Source: an uncultured Chthoniobacteraceae bacterium (GTDB lineage Bacteria > Verrucomicrobiota > Verrucomicrobiia > Chthoniobacterales > DYNR01). Taken from it: a stretch of 64,000 nt of DNA. The notes below the pieces were generated by a model. It was not told the DNA's origin. It searched no databases and saw only the letters and a list, made by a program, of their open reading frames with translations. The DNA is taken from positions 62,433 through 126,432 of the forward strand of contig CAZQRL010000005.1 in the NCBI GenBank assembly GCA_964595865.1, read 5' to 3'. Position numbers and translations under genes: made by a program. Below, in pieces: positions 1-9,063 of this stretch; the stretch's first letter is position 1, and every line of letters begins with the position of its first letter.

Positions 1-2
1 TG

Positions 3-317
3 CTGAATGGCTTCGACGAACTGGCCATTACCAACCTTGATGGCTTGGATGATCTGGCGGAAATTAAAGTCTGCACCGGGTATCGTTTGGGGGGGAAGTT
101 GTTGCGGTTGCCTCCTTCCGACTTTGAGGACTGGGCTTCTTGCACTCCGGTTTACACCACCCTGCCGGGCTGGGGAGTATCCACCGAAAAAGCCCAGACC
201 TGGGAAGAGCTTCCCCCGAATGCCCGACGCTATCTCGACTGCATCGCCGATACCATGCAGAGCCGGATTTCTCTGGTCAGCGTCGGCCCCTCCCGGGAGC
301 AAACGATCCGTCTCTAG
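3..317 (+). CDS. purA: Adenylosuccinate synthetase, C-terminal part (5' truncated by window)
   Basis: Frame open from nt 3: LNGFDELAITNLDGLDDLAEIKVCTGY...LPGW...ELPPNARRYL...VSVGPSREQTI, the typical PurA C-terminus. Confidence 0.93.
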   Translation: MNGFDELAITNLDGLDDLAEIKVCTGYRLGGKLLRLPPSDFEDWASCTPVYTTLPGWGVSTEKAQTWEELPPNARRYLDCIADTMQSRISLVSVGPSREQTIRL

Positions 318-326
318 GACCCCGCC

Positions 327-1121
327 TTGCAAAACCATCCCCACATAATTCCTGTGCCGCAACATGTGGCTATCATTATGGATGGCAACGGCCGCTGGGC
401 AGCGGAACGTGGATTGCCGCGTCTTGCCGGCCACGAAGAGGGCTCGAAGGCCGTGGGCGAGGCGCTCACGGCGGCGGCCAATGCGGGCGTAAAAATTCTT
501 ACCCTCTATGCTTTTTCCACGGAAAACTGGAAGCGTCCCAAGGAGGAAGTGGCGGGGCTGATGAGCCTGCTGCAACGGTTTTTAGAAGAGCGGGCGCGGG
601 AGATCATGCAGCGTAATGTGCGGTTGCGAGCGATCGGGCACATTGAGGAGTTGCCCGAGCCATGTTATCGGCGCTTGCAGCAGACGATTCAGGAGAGTGC
701 AAAAAATACCGGCCTGCAAGTCGTGCTGGCTTTGAATTACAGCTCGCGGCGGGAAATCACCGACGCCGTGCGCCGCATTGCTGCTGCCGCGGTGGCGGGG
801 CAGCTACCACCCGACGCTATCCGCCCGGAGACCATCTCTGCCCACCTCGATACGCACGACCTTCCTGATCCCGACCTCCTCATCCGCACTTCGGGAGAGT
901 TTCGCCTATCCAATTTCCTTCTCTGGCAGCTCAGCTACACGGAAATCCATGTCACGGAAAAGCTCTGGCCGGATTTTACTCGGCACGACTTCGCTCATGC
1001 CCTGAGTGATTTTGCCCGGAGAGAACGGCGCTTTGGAGGCTTGGGCGGATCTACGGAAAACGCGCCGCCAGTCCCCGCTGCCGAATTCGCTTCCCCTGCG
1101 GAAAATTGCCAACCTGTCTAG
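327..1121 (+). CDS. uppS: Undecaprenyl diphosphate synthase (cis-prenyltransferase)
   Basis: HVAIIMDGNGRWA, YAFSTENWKRP, DPDLLIRTSGEFRLSNFLLWQ motifs; TTG start. Confidence 0.95.
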   Translation: MQNHPHIIPVPQHVAIIMDGNGRWAAERGLPRLAGHEEGSKAVGEALTAAANAGVKILTLYAFSTENWKRPKEEVAGLMSLLQRFLEERAREIMQRNVRLRAIGHIEELPEPCYRRLQQTIQESAKNTGLQVVLALNYSSRREITDAVRRIAAAAVAGQLPPDAIRPETISAHLDTHDLPDPDLLIRTSGEFRLSNFLLWQLSYTEIHVTEKLWPDFTRHDFAHALSDFARRERRFGGLGGSTENAPPVPAAEFASPAENCQPV

Positions 1122-1124
1122 CTG

Positions 1125-2579
1125 ATGAAAACGAAACCTCCGCAGACTGTCCTCTTGGTGGACCAAGAAGTGGACTTTCTCGCCTGGGCCAAGCACCAAG
1201 TCGAATCCCTTGGAGTGCGGGTGATCACCGAAACCTCGGCCGATGCGGCCTATCGCACTTTTTGTGAGGAGCAGCCCGACCTGGTCTTCACCGAGATGAA
1301 TCTGGCGCCCTTCTCGGGGCAAGAGTTGCTGCTCAAACTGCGTAAGCACTCACCGAATGCCATGGTGATCGTCAACAGTGCCTTCGGCACGACCCAAGCT
1401 GTCATCGAGACCATGAAGCTCGGGGCCTTTGACTTTGTGCGCAAGGAGCAGCTGCCCTTCAACTTGAAGATCATCGTCGAGACGGCACTCAAAGCCCACG
1501 CAGAGCAGCAGAGTGCCAGTGCCTTCAAACCGCAGCTGACCCTCGAGCAGCATCAGGACGAAATCGTCGGCCAGTCCGATGCGATGCAGCAGGTTTTCAA
1601 AATGGTCGGCCGGGTGGCGGCCAGCGAGGCCCCGGTAATGATCACCGGCGAGAGCGGCTCGGGGAAGGAACTCGTGGCGCGGGCGCTGCATCATTACAGC
1701 CAGCGCAGTCGCAAGAGCTTCTTGGCGATCAATTGCGCGGCCATCCCGGAGAATCTGCTCGAGAGTGAGCTCTTCGGGCACGAGAAAGGCGCCTTCACGG
1801 GAGCGCACAGCCAGCGCATTGGCCGTTTCGAACAATGTGATGGCGGGACCCTCTTTCTTGATGAAATCGCGGAGATGCCTCTGGCCACTCAGAGCAAGCT
1901 CCTGCGGGTCCTGCAGGAATCGGAATTCTCCCGGGTCGGCGGTAATCAAACCATCCGCACCGATGTGCGCATCGTGGCGGCGACCAACAAAAATCTCGAG
2001 CAGGAGGTGCTGGAGAAAAGGTTCCGCGAGGATTTGTTTTATCGGCTGAATGTGGTGCGGATTCATTTGCCGCCGCTGCGCCAACGCACCGAGGACATTC
2101 GCCTGTTGGCGGAGTATTTTCTTCAGCGGATTGCCAACCGGAAATTGCGTCCGCTACTCAAGCTCTCGGAGGAAGCGGTGCGCGTCCTGGAAAGCTACCC
2201 ATGGCCCGGGAATGTGCGGGAGTTGGAGAATACCATGGAGCGGGCCAGCGTCTTGGCCACCACGGATGTGCTGCTGCCGAAAGACATCCCCCTCGGGCAA
2301 CCTGGCACCGTGTTGCCTTCACCGCGGAGCGGCGGAAAGTCGTTTTCCGATAGTGAGCCGAGTTGGAACGAGCTTCTCGATCTCCTGCTGCATCACCTGC
2401 GCCAGGAACATCCGGAGGGCAATTGGCTGGCTCTCATCGAAGAGGCCCTTCTGGTGCGGTTGCGCTCCGGTGAGAAAGATTCCCTCACGGCGGCGGAGTT
2501 GGCGGAGCTGGCAAATCTGCTCGGGGTCAGTAAAGCCTCGCTGAAGAAAAAATTGGCTGGTGCAGCGGAGGTGGTCTGA
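1125..2579 (+). CDS. Sigma-54-dependent activator, NtrC family (REC-AAA+-degenerate HTH)
   Basis: N-terminal receiver, GESGSGKE Walker A, ELFGHEKGAFTGA, LFLDEI, FREDLFYRLNV, WPGNVREL. Confidence 0.95.
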   Translation: MKTKPPQTVLLVDQEVDFLAWAKHQVESLGVRVITETSADAAYRTFCEEQPDLVFTEMNLAPFSGQELLLKLRKHSPNAMVIVNSAFGTTQAVIETMKLGAFDFVRKEQLPFNLKIIVETALKAHAEQQSASAFKPQLTLEQHQDEIVGQSDAMQQVFKMVGRVAASEAPVMITGESGSGKELVARALHHYSQRSRKSFLAINCAAIPENLLESELFGHEKGAFTGAHSQRIGRFEQCDGGTLFLDEIAEMPLATQSKLLRVLQESEFSRVGGNQTIRTDVRIVAATNKNLEQEVLEKRFREDLFYRLNVVRIHLPPLRQRTEDIRLLAEYFLQRIANRKLRPLLKLSEEAVRVLESYPWPGNVRELENTMERASVLATTDVLLPKDIPLGQPGTVLPSPRSGGKSFSDSEPSWNELLDLLLHHLRQEHPEGNWLALIEEALLVRLRSGEKDSLTAAELAELANLLGVSKASLKKKLAGAAEVV

Positions 2580-3365
2580 GTGGTCTGCTCAGCCTTGCTG
2601 ACCGCTGCGGGCTGGCAAAGCCCGGCTCTCATTCCGCCAGAGGACCGCGGATTCCGCTATGGGATGCACGTTTTTGAAACCATCTTCCGCCGCGCGCGAG
2701 TGTGGCAAGATTGGGATCTGCATGTGGCTTCGTTACGGTTTCATGGGGAGTCGGTCGGCTTCCGGGCAACGTCTCAGCAATGGGGCATGCTCCAGGACCC
2801 GCCGACAGAGGTTCCGGAATCTTGCCGGGTGCGGCTCTTTTGGACTGCCGGTGCGGGAGGACTGCTGGAGCCGCCGCGCGAGGGGTTGCTGGTCTTCACG
2901 GCGGAGGCTCTGGAAGAGAAAGATGTAGGAAGCCCAAGGGATTTGCGAGTCGGGTTCGCCGACACTCCCGTTTGCGCAGGCCCCGGGGTGGCCAAAAGCG
3001 GGAACTATTGGACCCGTTTGAACCTGCTGCAAGCCGCCCACGCCGCGGGCTTGGATGAGGCAGTGGTATTCAACCCACAGGGGCACTGGCTGGGATTTTG
3101 CTGCGGCAATGGCTTCGCTTTGGTGGAGGGGCAATGGCTCACGCCAGCTTGGCAAACTGGCACCCGGCGTGGGGTGACGCGGCAAAAAGCCCTCGCCGCC
3201 TTCCCGGGGATTCGCGAAACCCTGCTGGGGATGGAGGAACTCCGCCGGGCCACGGCTCTGGTCTTCGCCAGTAGCCGCACCGGGCTTTGTCCGGTGGCAA
3301 GCTTGGACGGCCGGGCTCTTGAGCGCCGGCTGCCAGGAGATTTTCCGCCTAAGCATTGCGCTTGA
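2580..3365 (+). CDS. Class IV PLP aminotransferase-like protein (PabC/IlvE family)
   Basis: DRGFRYGMHVFET, AKSGNY (PLP Lys), DEAVVFN, RRGVTR. Confidence 0.75.
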   Translation: MVCSALLTAAGWQSPALIPPEDRGFRYGMHVFETIFRRARVWQDWDLHVASLRFHGESVGFRATSQQWGMLQDPPTEVPESCRVRLFWTAGAGGLLEPPREGLLVFTAEALEEKDVGSPRDLRVGFADTPVCAGPGVAKSGNYWTRLNLLQAAHAAGLDEAVVFNPQGHWLGFCCGNGFALVEGQWLTPAWQTGTRRGVTRQKALAAFPGIRETLLGMEELRRATALVFASSRTGLCPVASLDGRALERRLPGDFPPKHCA

Positions 3366-3400
3366 CGCCGGGCGGGCTTCGCTCCCTCATTTGCCAACCT

Positions 3401-4105
3401 ATGGAGCAAGAATTAGCCCAACGATTGGAGGCGGTGCGGGAGCGAATCAGCCGCAGTCTGGCTCAGGCTGGACGCGGGGAGGGCGACTGCGAACTGGTGG
3501 CGGTCTCCAAACGCCATCCGGCGGAAACCGTGCGCCAGGCCGCGCAATGCGGGCAGGAAATTTTTGGTGAGAGCCGGGTGCAGGAAGCGGTGGCCAAGAT
3601 TCCGCTCTGCCCGGGGCGGCTGCGGTGGCATTTCATTGGGCATCTGCAGAAAAACAAAATCCGCAAGGCTCTGCCGCATTTTGAGCTTTTTCATGGGGTG
3701 GACAGTCTCGATCTGGCGGAGGATTTGAATCGCATCGCGGGAGAGGAAGGGGAGCGTCCAAAAATTCTCCTCGAGGTGAACACCTCGGGAGAGGCGAGCA
3801 AATTTGGCTTCCAGCCCGACCAGTTGCGCGCCCAGTTGGAAGACCTTCTGGAGCTGCCGCGGTTGGAAATCCTCGGGCTCATGACGATGGCTCCTGTGGT
3901 GCCCAAGCCGGAGATGGCGCGGCCTTACTTCGCAGGGCTGCGGCAACTGCGCGACCGCTTGGAGGAGGATTTTGGCCTTAAGTTGCCCGAGCTTTCCATG
4001 GGCATGAGTGGCGACTTTGAGGCGGCCATTCTTGAGGGCTCCACTTTGGTGCGCATCGGCACTTCCATTTTCGGCGAACGGCCACAGGACGACGCGGACG
4101 TGTGA
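3401..4105 (+). CDS. yggS: YggS/PLPBP pyridoxal phosphate homeostasis protein
   Basis: LVAVSK, FGESRVQE, WHFIGHLQKNK, GLMTMAP, LSMGMSGDF, VRIGTSIFG; ATG at 3401. Confidence 0.95.
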   Translation: MEQELAQRLEAVRERISRSLAQAGRGEGDCELVAVSKRHPAETVRQAAQCGQEIFGESRVQEAVAKIPLCPGRLRWHFIGHLQKNKIRKALPHFELFHGVDSLDLAEDLNRIAGEEGERPKILLEVNTSGEASKFGFQPDQLRAQLEDLLELPRLEILGLMTMAPVVPKPEMARPYFAGLRQLRDRLEEDFGLKLPELSMGMSGDFEAAILEGSTLVRIGTSIFGERPQDDADV

Positions 4106-5001
4106 GCCCGCTGTGGAAAATTCTCATCTATCTGCTGGCCGTGTTAGCGGCAGCGGTGCTGCTTTCGCCACCGATCTATTGGGTTTGCCAACTGGGCATC
4201 GAGCAAGGCTGGCTGGAGATGCTGCGGGGCTTTCCCTTCCATCGCTACTTCAGCCGCACGCTGCAGGTCGCGGCTTTGCTTCTGGCGATCCCGTTGTTTT
4301 TCTCGCTGCGCTTGCGGGGGTGGTCCGATCTGGGGCTGGAGGGTGATGCCGCGCGCTTCCGCCATTTGGGCCAGGGCTTGCTCTGCGGTCTCTTGCCGAT
4401 CGCCGCTTTGGCCGTCGGGTATTTCGCTTTCGGCATTTATGGATGGAAGGCTGATCCAGAGCTGAGCAAGCTGGGACGCATCGCTCTCACGGCCGCAGCC
4501 GTGGGAGTCTTTGAGGAGCTTTTTTTTCGCGGTCTGCTGCTTGGGCTGGCGGTGCGCTCCCTGGGGGCTTTTGCGGGAATGTTGCTGACGAGTATCATTT
4601 TTGCCGGGGTGCATTTTCTGCGTCCGGCGAAGGCCGGGACGAGCGGTGCGGTGACGTGGTGGAGTGGCTGGGAGCAGCTGCAAGCCCTGTGGAGTAATAT
4701 CCCTCCTTGGCCTCTGCTGGGCTTCGGATTGGCCACACTCTGCATTGCCGGATGGAATCTCGCCTTGGTGACGCGGCAGACCCGCTCGCTCTGGCCGGCG
4801 ATCGGTCTGCATGCGGGGTGGGTCTTTGGTCAGCAGAGTCTCCTGGCCTTGGCCAAGTTTCAGGTGCGCCCCCCCGAGGCTTTGCTGCCGCATGTCGGGC
4901 CCAACTTGGTGAGTGGGGCGGTGCCGACTGGTTGGATTCCCGCCTTGGTTGTTTTACTCAGTGGCTGGTGGCTCTGGCGGTGGCTGCGCCGAAGCGGCTG
5001 A
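4102..5001 (+). CDS. CPBP (Abi/CAAX-II) intramembrane metalloprotease
   Basis: EELFFRG, FAGVHF, SLWPAIGLHAGW motifs; multiple TM segments. Confidence 0.88.
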   Translation: MSPLWKILIYLLAVLAAAVLLSPPIYWVCQLGIEQGWLEMLRGFPFHRYFSRTLQVAALLLAIPLFFSLRLRGWSDLGLEGDAARFRHLGQGLLCGLLPIAALAVGYFAFGIYGWKADPELSKLGRIALTAAAVGVFEELFFRGLLLGLAVRSLGAFAGMLLTSIIFAGVHFLRPAKAGTSGAVTWWSGWEQLQALWSNIPPWPLLGFGLATLCIAGWNLALVTRQTRSLWPAIGLHAGWVFGQQSLLALAKFQVRPPEALLPHVGPNLVSGAVPTGWIPALVVLLSGWWLWRWLRRSG

Positions 5002-5014
5002 GCGCATTCCGGAC

Positions 5015-5758
5015 ATGGAAAGTGCCGCGGCAGAGCGATGGGCGCGCTGGAGGCCCTGGTGGCAGGCTGCTGCGGATTTGCTCTGGCCGCCGCATTGTCC
5101 GGCCTGTGATGTGGCCACGCCAGAACAGGGACTTTGCGCACGGTGCCGGGCTGAATGGCCCCGCATCACCGGACCCCGTTGTGAGGTCTGCTCGCAGCCC
5201 TTTCCCGGCGGGGCAGGTGGGGACTTTGTCTGCGGGAATTGCCGCGATCGCCAATTTCATTTTGTCTGTTCCTTATCTCCGGTTCTTGCCCGGGGTGGAC
5301 CACGTGAGCTCATTCACCGTTTGAAGTATGGACGAGAGCGTTGGCTGGCCACGGTGTTGGCGGAGGAAATGGTCATTTGTCTGTATGAAGAGCGACTGAG
5401 TGGACAAAAGCTGGAGGCTCTGGTGCCAGTGCCGCTGCATCCCCGGCGGGAACGGGAACGCGAATACAACCAGGCCGAGTTGCTAGCCCGGGCGCTGAGT
5501 CGGCGGTGCCATTTGCCTGTAGTCCGGCTGCTCCAGCGGGTGCGTTACACCGAGACCCAAACCCACTTTGATCGCCAGGCCCGCCTGGGAAATCTTCGGG
5601 GCGCCTTTGCCTTGGCCCACGGAGCGGAGCTCGCGGGCAAGAAATTCCTCCTCGTGGATGATGTTTTCACGACGGGTTCGACCTTGGATGAATGTGCCCG
5701 GGTTTTGTTGGCGGGTGGAGCTGCCGCGGTCTGGGCGGTGACGGCGGCACGGGCCTAA
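5015..5758 (+). CDS. comF: ComF family protein (zinc-ribbon region + PRTase domain)
   Basis: Four CxxC pairs, VPVPLHPRR..REYNQAELLA, LVDDVFTTGSTL. Confidence 0.9.
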   Translation: MESAAAERWARWRPWWQAAADLLWPPHCPACDVATPEQGLCARCRAEWPRITGPRCEVCSQPFPGGAGGDFVCGNCRDRQFHFVCSLSPVLARGGPRELIHRLKYGRERWLATVLAEEMVICLYEERLSGQKLEALVPVPLHPRREREREYNQAELLARALSRRCHLPVVRLLQRVRYTETQTHFDRQARLGNLRGAFALAHGAELAGKKFLLVDDVFTTGSTLDECARVLLAGGAAAVWAVTAARA

Positions 5759-5761
5759 ACT

Positions 5762-6697
5762 TTATCCCACTGCCAATGGAAGGGCTGAGGCCGACAGAGA
5801 GTGGTGTGGACCGACCAAGATGAGGGTCGGGCGTGGGTCCTGCGGCGGACTGGGTAAGGGGGCGATCTGGGGGGTATCGCTGGCCGAAACTTTTTGAAAA
5901 ATCACCCATTGCTCAGGTTCCTCTTGGACGCGAGCCAGCCCTTTGGCCCGCAACACTTCCGCCGGAAGATGGCGCAGAAAAGATCGCAAGGTCTCGGGGG
6001 AGATCACTTTGGGGAGAGCGATTTCCTGGGCAGAGAAGTGGTGCTCGTGATGGTGGGCGGAACGGTTTTCATCGGGCTGCTTGGTCAGGCGGCTTTCTTG
6101 CCGGGTTTGCGGGGCTAGGTCCTCCTGCAGGTGCCCCAATGCAGCCGCCAAGGCGGCAGGGTCTGCGGGTTGGACCTCTGGCAACAACGCTGCCAGAGCC
6201 TCGTGGACCTCTTGCAAGCGCTCGGCAGAGACTTCATCGGCGTGTCCGAGATAGAGGTGTGTCGCGGTGTGGACCTGCCGACGTTCGAGTCCATTGTGCC
6301 AAAACCGTTTCTGCCAGCGTTGGACATCCACGACGCTAATTTGCAGCGGCAATGAGAAGGACCGCAGCTTGGGGTCGGAGGCCAAGGCGGCAATGAGTTC
6401 TTCCGCATCGGTGGTGCCGTTGGCTTCGAGGAGCAGGATTCCCCGTGCTGGGTGCGAGTAGGCCAGCAGGGCGGAGCGTAATTCCTCCCGCGACCCGCAA
6501 CAGACGCAGCTGCCGCTGATCGGCGTCACTAGGAACGACAAGTCCCGAAAAAGCTCGGCGTCCACGCGGGCGTTTTGATAGTCGTTGAGAATCAAAGTCG
6601 GCACCCGGCCGGCCAGGATTAGCTCTGGGACCAGCTTGCGCAGGAGGGTGGTTTTCCCTGCTCCGAGAAAACCAACGACGACAACCAAGGGCGTCAT
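5762..6697 (-). CDS. CobW/COG0523 GTP-dependent metallochaperone
   Basis: GFLGAGKTTLL, CVCC metal motif, EANG, short His patch HHHEHH, VLRAKG C-domain. Confidence 0.9.
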   Translation of the reverse strand: MTPLVVVVGFLGAGKTTLLRKLVPELILAGRVPTLILNDYQNARVDAELFRDLSFLVTPISGSCVCCGSREELRSALLAYSHPARGILLLEANGTTDAEELIAALASDPKLRSFSLPLQISVVDVQRWQKRFWHNGLERRQVHTATHLYLGHADEVSAERLQEVHEALAALLPEVQPADPAALAAALGHLQEDLAPQTRQESRLTKQPDENRSAHHHEHHFSAQEIALPKVISPETLRSFLRHLPAEVLRAKGLARVQEEPEQWVIFQKVSASDTPQIAPLPSPPQDPRPTLILVGPHHSLSASALPLAVG

Positions 6698-7311
6698 GGT
6701 TGGCGAAACTCGGTGCGCCGGATCACCGGCTGGAGAATGGGATTCGGATGGGTGGTGATTTTTTGCCCGAGCGGGCGACCATCGGGACCAAAAACCGGAG
6801 TAAGGGTGCGAATGGGGCTCCCGTAATTCACAAACCCCTCCAGCTCCACCTGTCGAAAGCCGCTTTCGCCAAAACTCACGCCCGTGTTGACGGTGCGGAA
6901 GCGCGTGGGAGTCGAAGGCAGCACGACGATTTGTCCTCCGCCGACTTGGATTTGTGCGGGGCTGAATTGCACTGGCACAGGAACTTCCCGGCCGACCGAG
7001 AGAGTGCCGCTGACGCGCTGCGGTCGCAACTCGGTGCGGGCGGCTGCGGTGATGGGATTGGAAGCGGAGGGCAGGCGGATAATTTCCCGTTGTGGGGAGG
7101 GGCTGGGTCGGGGGCGCGGGGTGGGGGAGGGAGTGGGAGTCGGGGTGGGTAGCAGCAGGGGAGGGGGGCCGAGAAGGCTGGGGTCGTTGAGATAGAGGGT
7201 GCCGTGGCGATCCGTTTTGCTTTCCGGGCTGGCGGCCACCAGAAGCTGAAGGCCTGACAGCAGGGCCAAGGCGAAAAGAGCAACAAGGTGAGGGGTGACC
7301 GGGGCGACCAT
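6694..7311 (-). CDS. Exported Pro-rich protein carrying secretin-like C-terminal motifs
   Basis: Signal-like hydrophobic N-terminus, PTPTPTPSPTPRP linker, then PSTPTRFRTVNTGVS, VELEGFVNYGSPI, NPILQPV; stop overlaps the cobW start. Confidence 0.6.
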   Translation of the reverse strand: MVAPVTPHLVALFALALLSGLQLLVAASPESKTDRHGTLYLNDPSLLGPPPLLLPTPTPTPSPTPRPRPSPSPQREIIRLPSASNPITAAARTELRPQRVSGTLSVGREVPVPVQFSPAQIQVGGGQIVVLPSTPTRFRTVNTGVSFGESGFRQVELEGFVNYGSPIRTLTPVFGPDGRPLGQKITTHPNPILQPVIRRTEFRQP

Positions 7312-7317
7312 GGTTTC

Positions 7318-7346
7318 ACTTTAGGGTCAACTGGGCTGCGCGCCAA
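7318..7346 (-). promoter_or_regulatory. Sigma70-like promoter, apparently leaderless
   Basis: TTGGCG-N17-TAAAGT ending 6 nt before the ATG at 7311. Confidence 0.45.
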
Positions 7347-7458
7347 AAAAAAGTTTTTCTCCGCTCCAGCCAGCGGAGGACATCGGGCCGACTGCGGCCA
7401 AGAGAGGAGGATTGCCAAAAGCCAGGGCAGGACGCATCTTTTGCGGTTTTCCTTATCC

Positions 7459-9063
7459 ATGTCCGAGATTTCCCGTCGCCGCACATTTGCGATTATTTCG
7501 CATCCGGATGCCGGCAAAACCACGCTCACCGAGAAGTTCCTGCTTTATGGAGGCGCGGTGCAACTGGCCGGGAGCGTCACGGCGCGCAAAAACCAACGGG
7601 CGGCAACCAGCGACTGGATGGAGCTGGAAAAGCAGCGAGGGATTTCTGTGACTTCGACGGTGTTGCAGTTTGATTACCGCGACTGCGTGGTCAACCTCCT
7701 CGATACGCCCGGACACAAAGATTTCTCTGAAGATACCTATCGGGTGCTGACGGCGGTGGATGCTGCGATCATGGTGATTGATGCCGGGAAGGGGATTGAG
7801 GAGCAGACGCGCAAGCTTTTTGAGGTGTGCCGTCAGCGGGGAGTGCCGATTTTTACTTTTATGAACAAGCTGGACCGCCCGTCGCGTCCGCCGCTGGATC
7901 TGCTCGATGAGCTGGAAAACGTCCTCGGGTTGGCAGCGGTGCCGCTCAACTGGCCGCTGGGAAACGGGCCGTTTTTCAAGGGGGTCTATGATCGCCGCAC
8001 GCGCGAGGTGCATTTGTTTGAAAAGACGCCGGGCGGGGCTTACCGGGCACCGGTGCAGGTGAGTGGGATTGAGGATGCGGTGGTGCGGGAGGCGATGCCG
8101 CCGGATCTGCATGCGCAGCTTTTAGAGGAGGTGGAGCTCCTGGATTTGGCCGGGGTGGAGTTCTCCCGCGAAGCGGTGCTGGCTGGAGAAATGACCCCAG
8201 TCTTTTTCGGCAGCGCCATGAATAATTTTGGCGTGCAGTTGCTCTTGGATGCGTTCTTGGAATTGGCTCCGCCCCCGCAACCGCGCGACGGCTTGGTGCG
8301 CTGGGTGGATCCGCAGGAGCCCGGCTTCTCGGCTTTCGTTTTCAAAATTCAGGCCAACATGAATCCGCGCCACCGGGACCGTGTGGCCTTTCTGCGAATT
8401 GTCTCCGGCTGTTTCCGGCGCGATATGGTGACGCAACATCACCGCACCGGACAAAGCATCCGTCTGGGAAATTCGCAACGGCTTTTTGCCCAAGACCGCG
8501 AAACTGTGGACGAGGCCTGGGCCGGAGATGTGGTGGGGATTGTCGGAAATCTGGATTTCCAAATCGGTGATACCGTGGCCGACGATGGCACCCTCTGCTT
8601 CCGTGAAACCCCGCGCTTCGCTCCGGAGTGTTTTGCCTTTCTGCGCAATGCCAGCACGGCAAAATACAAGCGCTTCCGCGACGGGTTGGAGCAGTTGCTC
8701 AAGGAGGGTGTGGCACAGGTTTTTGAATTACCGGATGCGGTGCAAAAAGTGCCGCTCCTGGGGGCGGTGGGGCCGTTGCAATTTGAGGTGATGCAGCATC
8801 GCATGGAAATGGAATATCAGGCCGAATGTCGCACCGAGCCGTGTGCCTGGCAGATTGCGCGTTGGGTCGTGGATCAGACCAATGGCGAATTCGTCCGCGT
8901 GCGCCCGTCCCTCATTTTGCCGACCGGGGCCGTCTTGGCACTGGATGCTCTTTCCACCTGGGTGGTGCTCCTGCCCTCGGCGTGGACCGCAGCCTACCTC
9001 GAAGAAAAGAACCCCGATTTTGCTTTTCGCAAGCTTCCGCCCCAGGCTGGGGAAGCCGGATGA
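7459..9063 (+). CDS. prfC: Peptide chain release factor 3
   Basis: RRRTFAIISHPDAGKTTLTEK, SDWMELEKQRGIS, DTPGHKDFSEDTYR, NKLD, GAVGPLQFEV. Confidence 0.96.
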   Translation: MSEISRRRTFAIISHPDAGKTTLTEKFLLYGGAVQLAGSVTARKNQRAATSDWMELEKQRGISVTSTVLQFDYRDCVVNLLDTPGHKDFSEDTYRVLTAVDAAIMVIDAGKGIEEQTRKLFEVCRQRGVPIFTFMNKLDRPSRPPLDLLDELENVLGLAAVPLNWPLGNGPFFKGVYDRRTREVHLFEKTPGGAYRAPVQVSGIEDAVVREAMPPDLHAQLLEEVELLDLAGVEFSREAVLAGEMTPVFFGSAMNNFGVQLLLDAFLELAPPPQPRDGLVRWVDPQEPGFSAFVFKIQANMNPRHRDRVAFLRIVSGCFRRDMVTQHHRTGQSIRLGNSQRLFAQDRETVDEAWAGDVVGIVGNLDFQIGDTVADDGTLCFRETPRFAPECFAFLRNASTAKYKRFRDGLEQLLKEGVAQVFELPDAVQKVPLLGAVGPLQFEVMQHRMEMEYQAECRTEPCAWQIARWVVDQTNGEFVRVRPSLILPTGAVLALDALSTWVVLLPSAWTAAYLEEKNPDFAFRKLPPQAGEAG

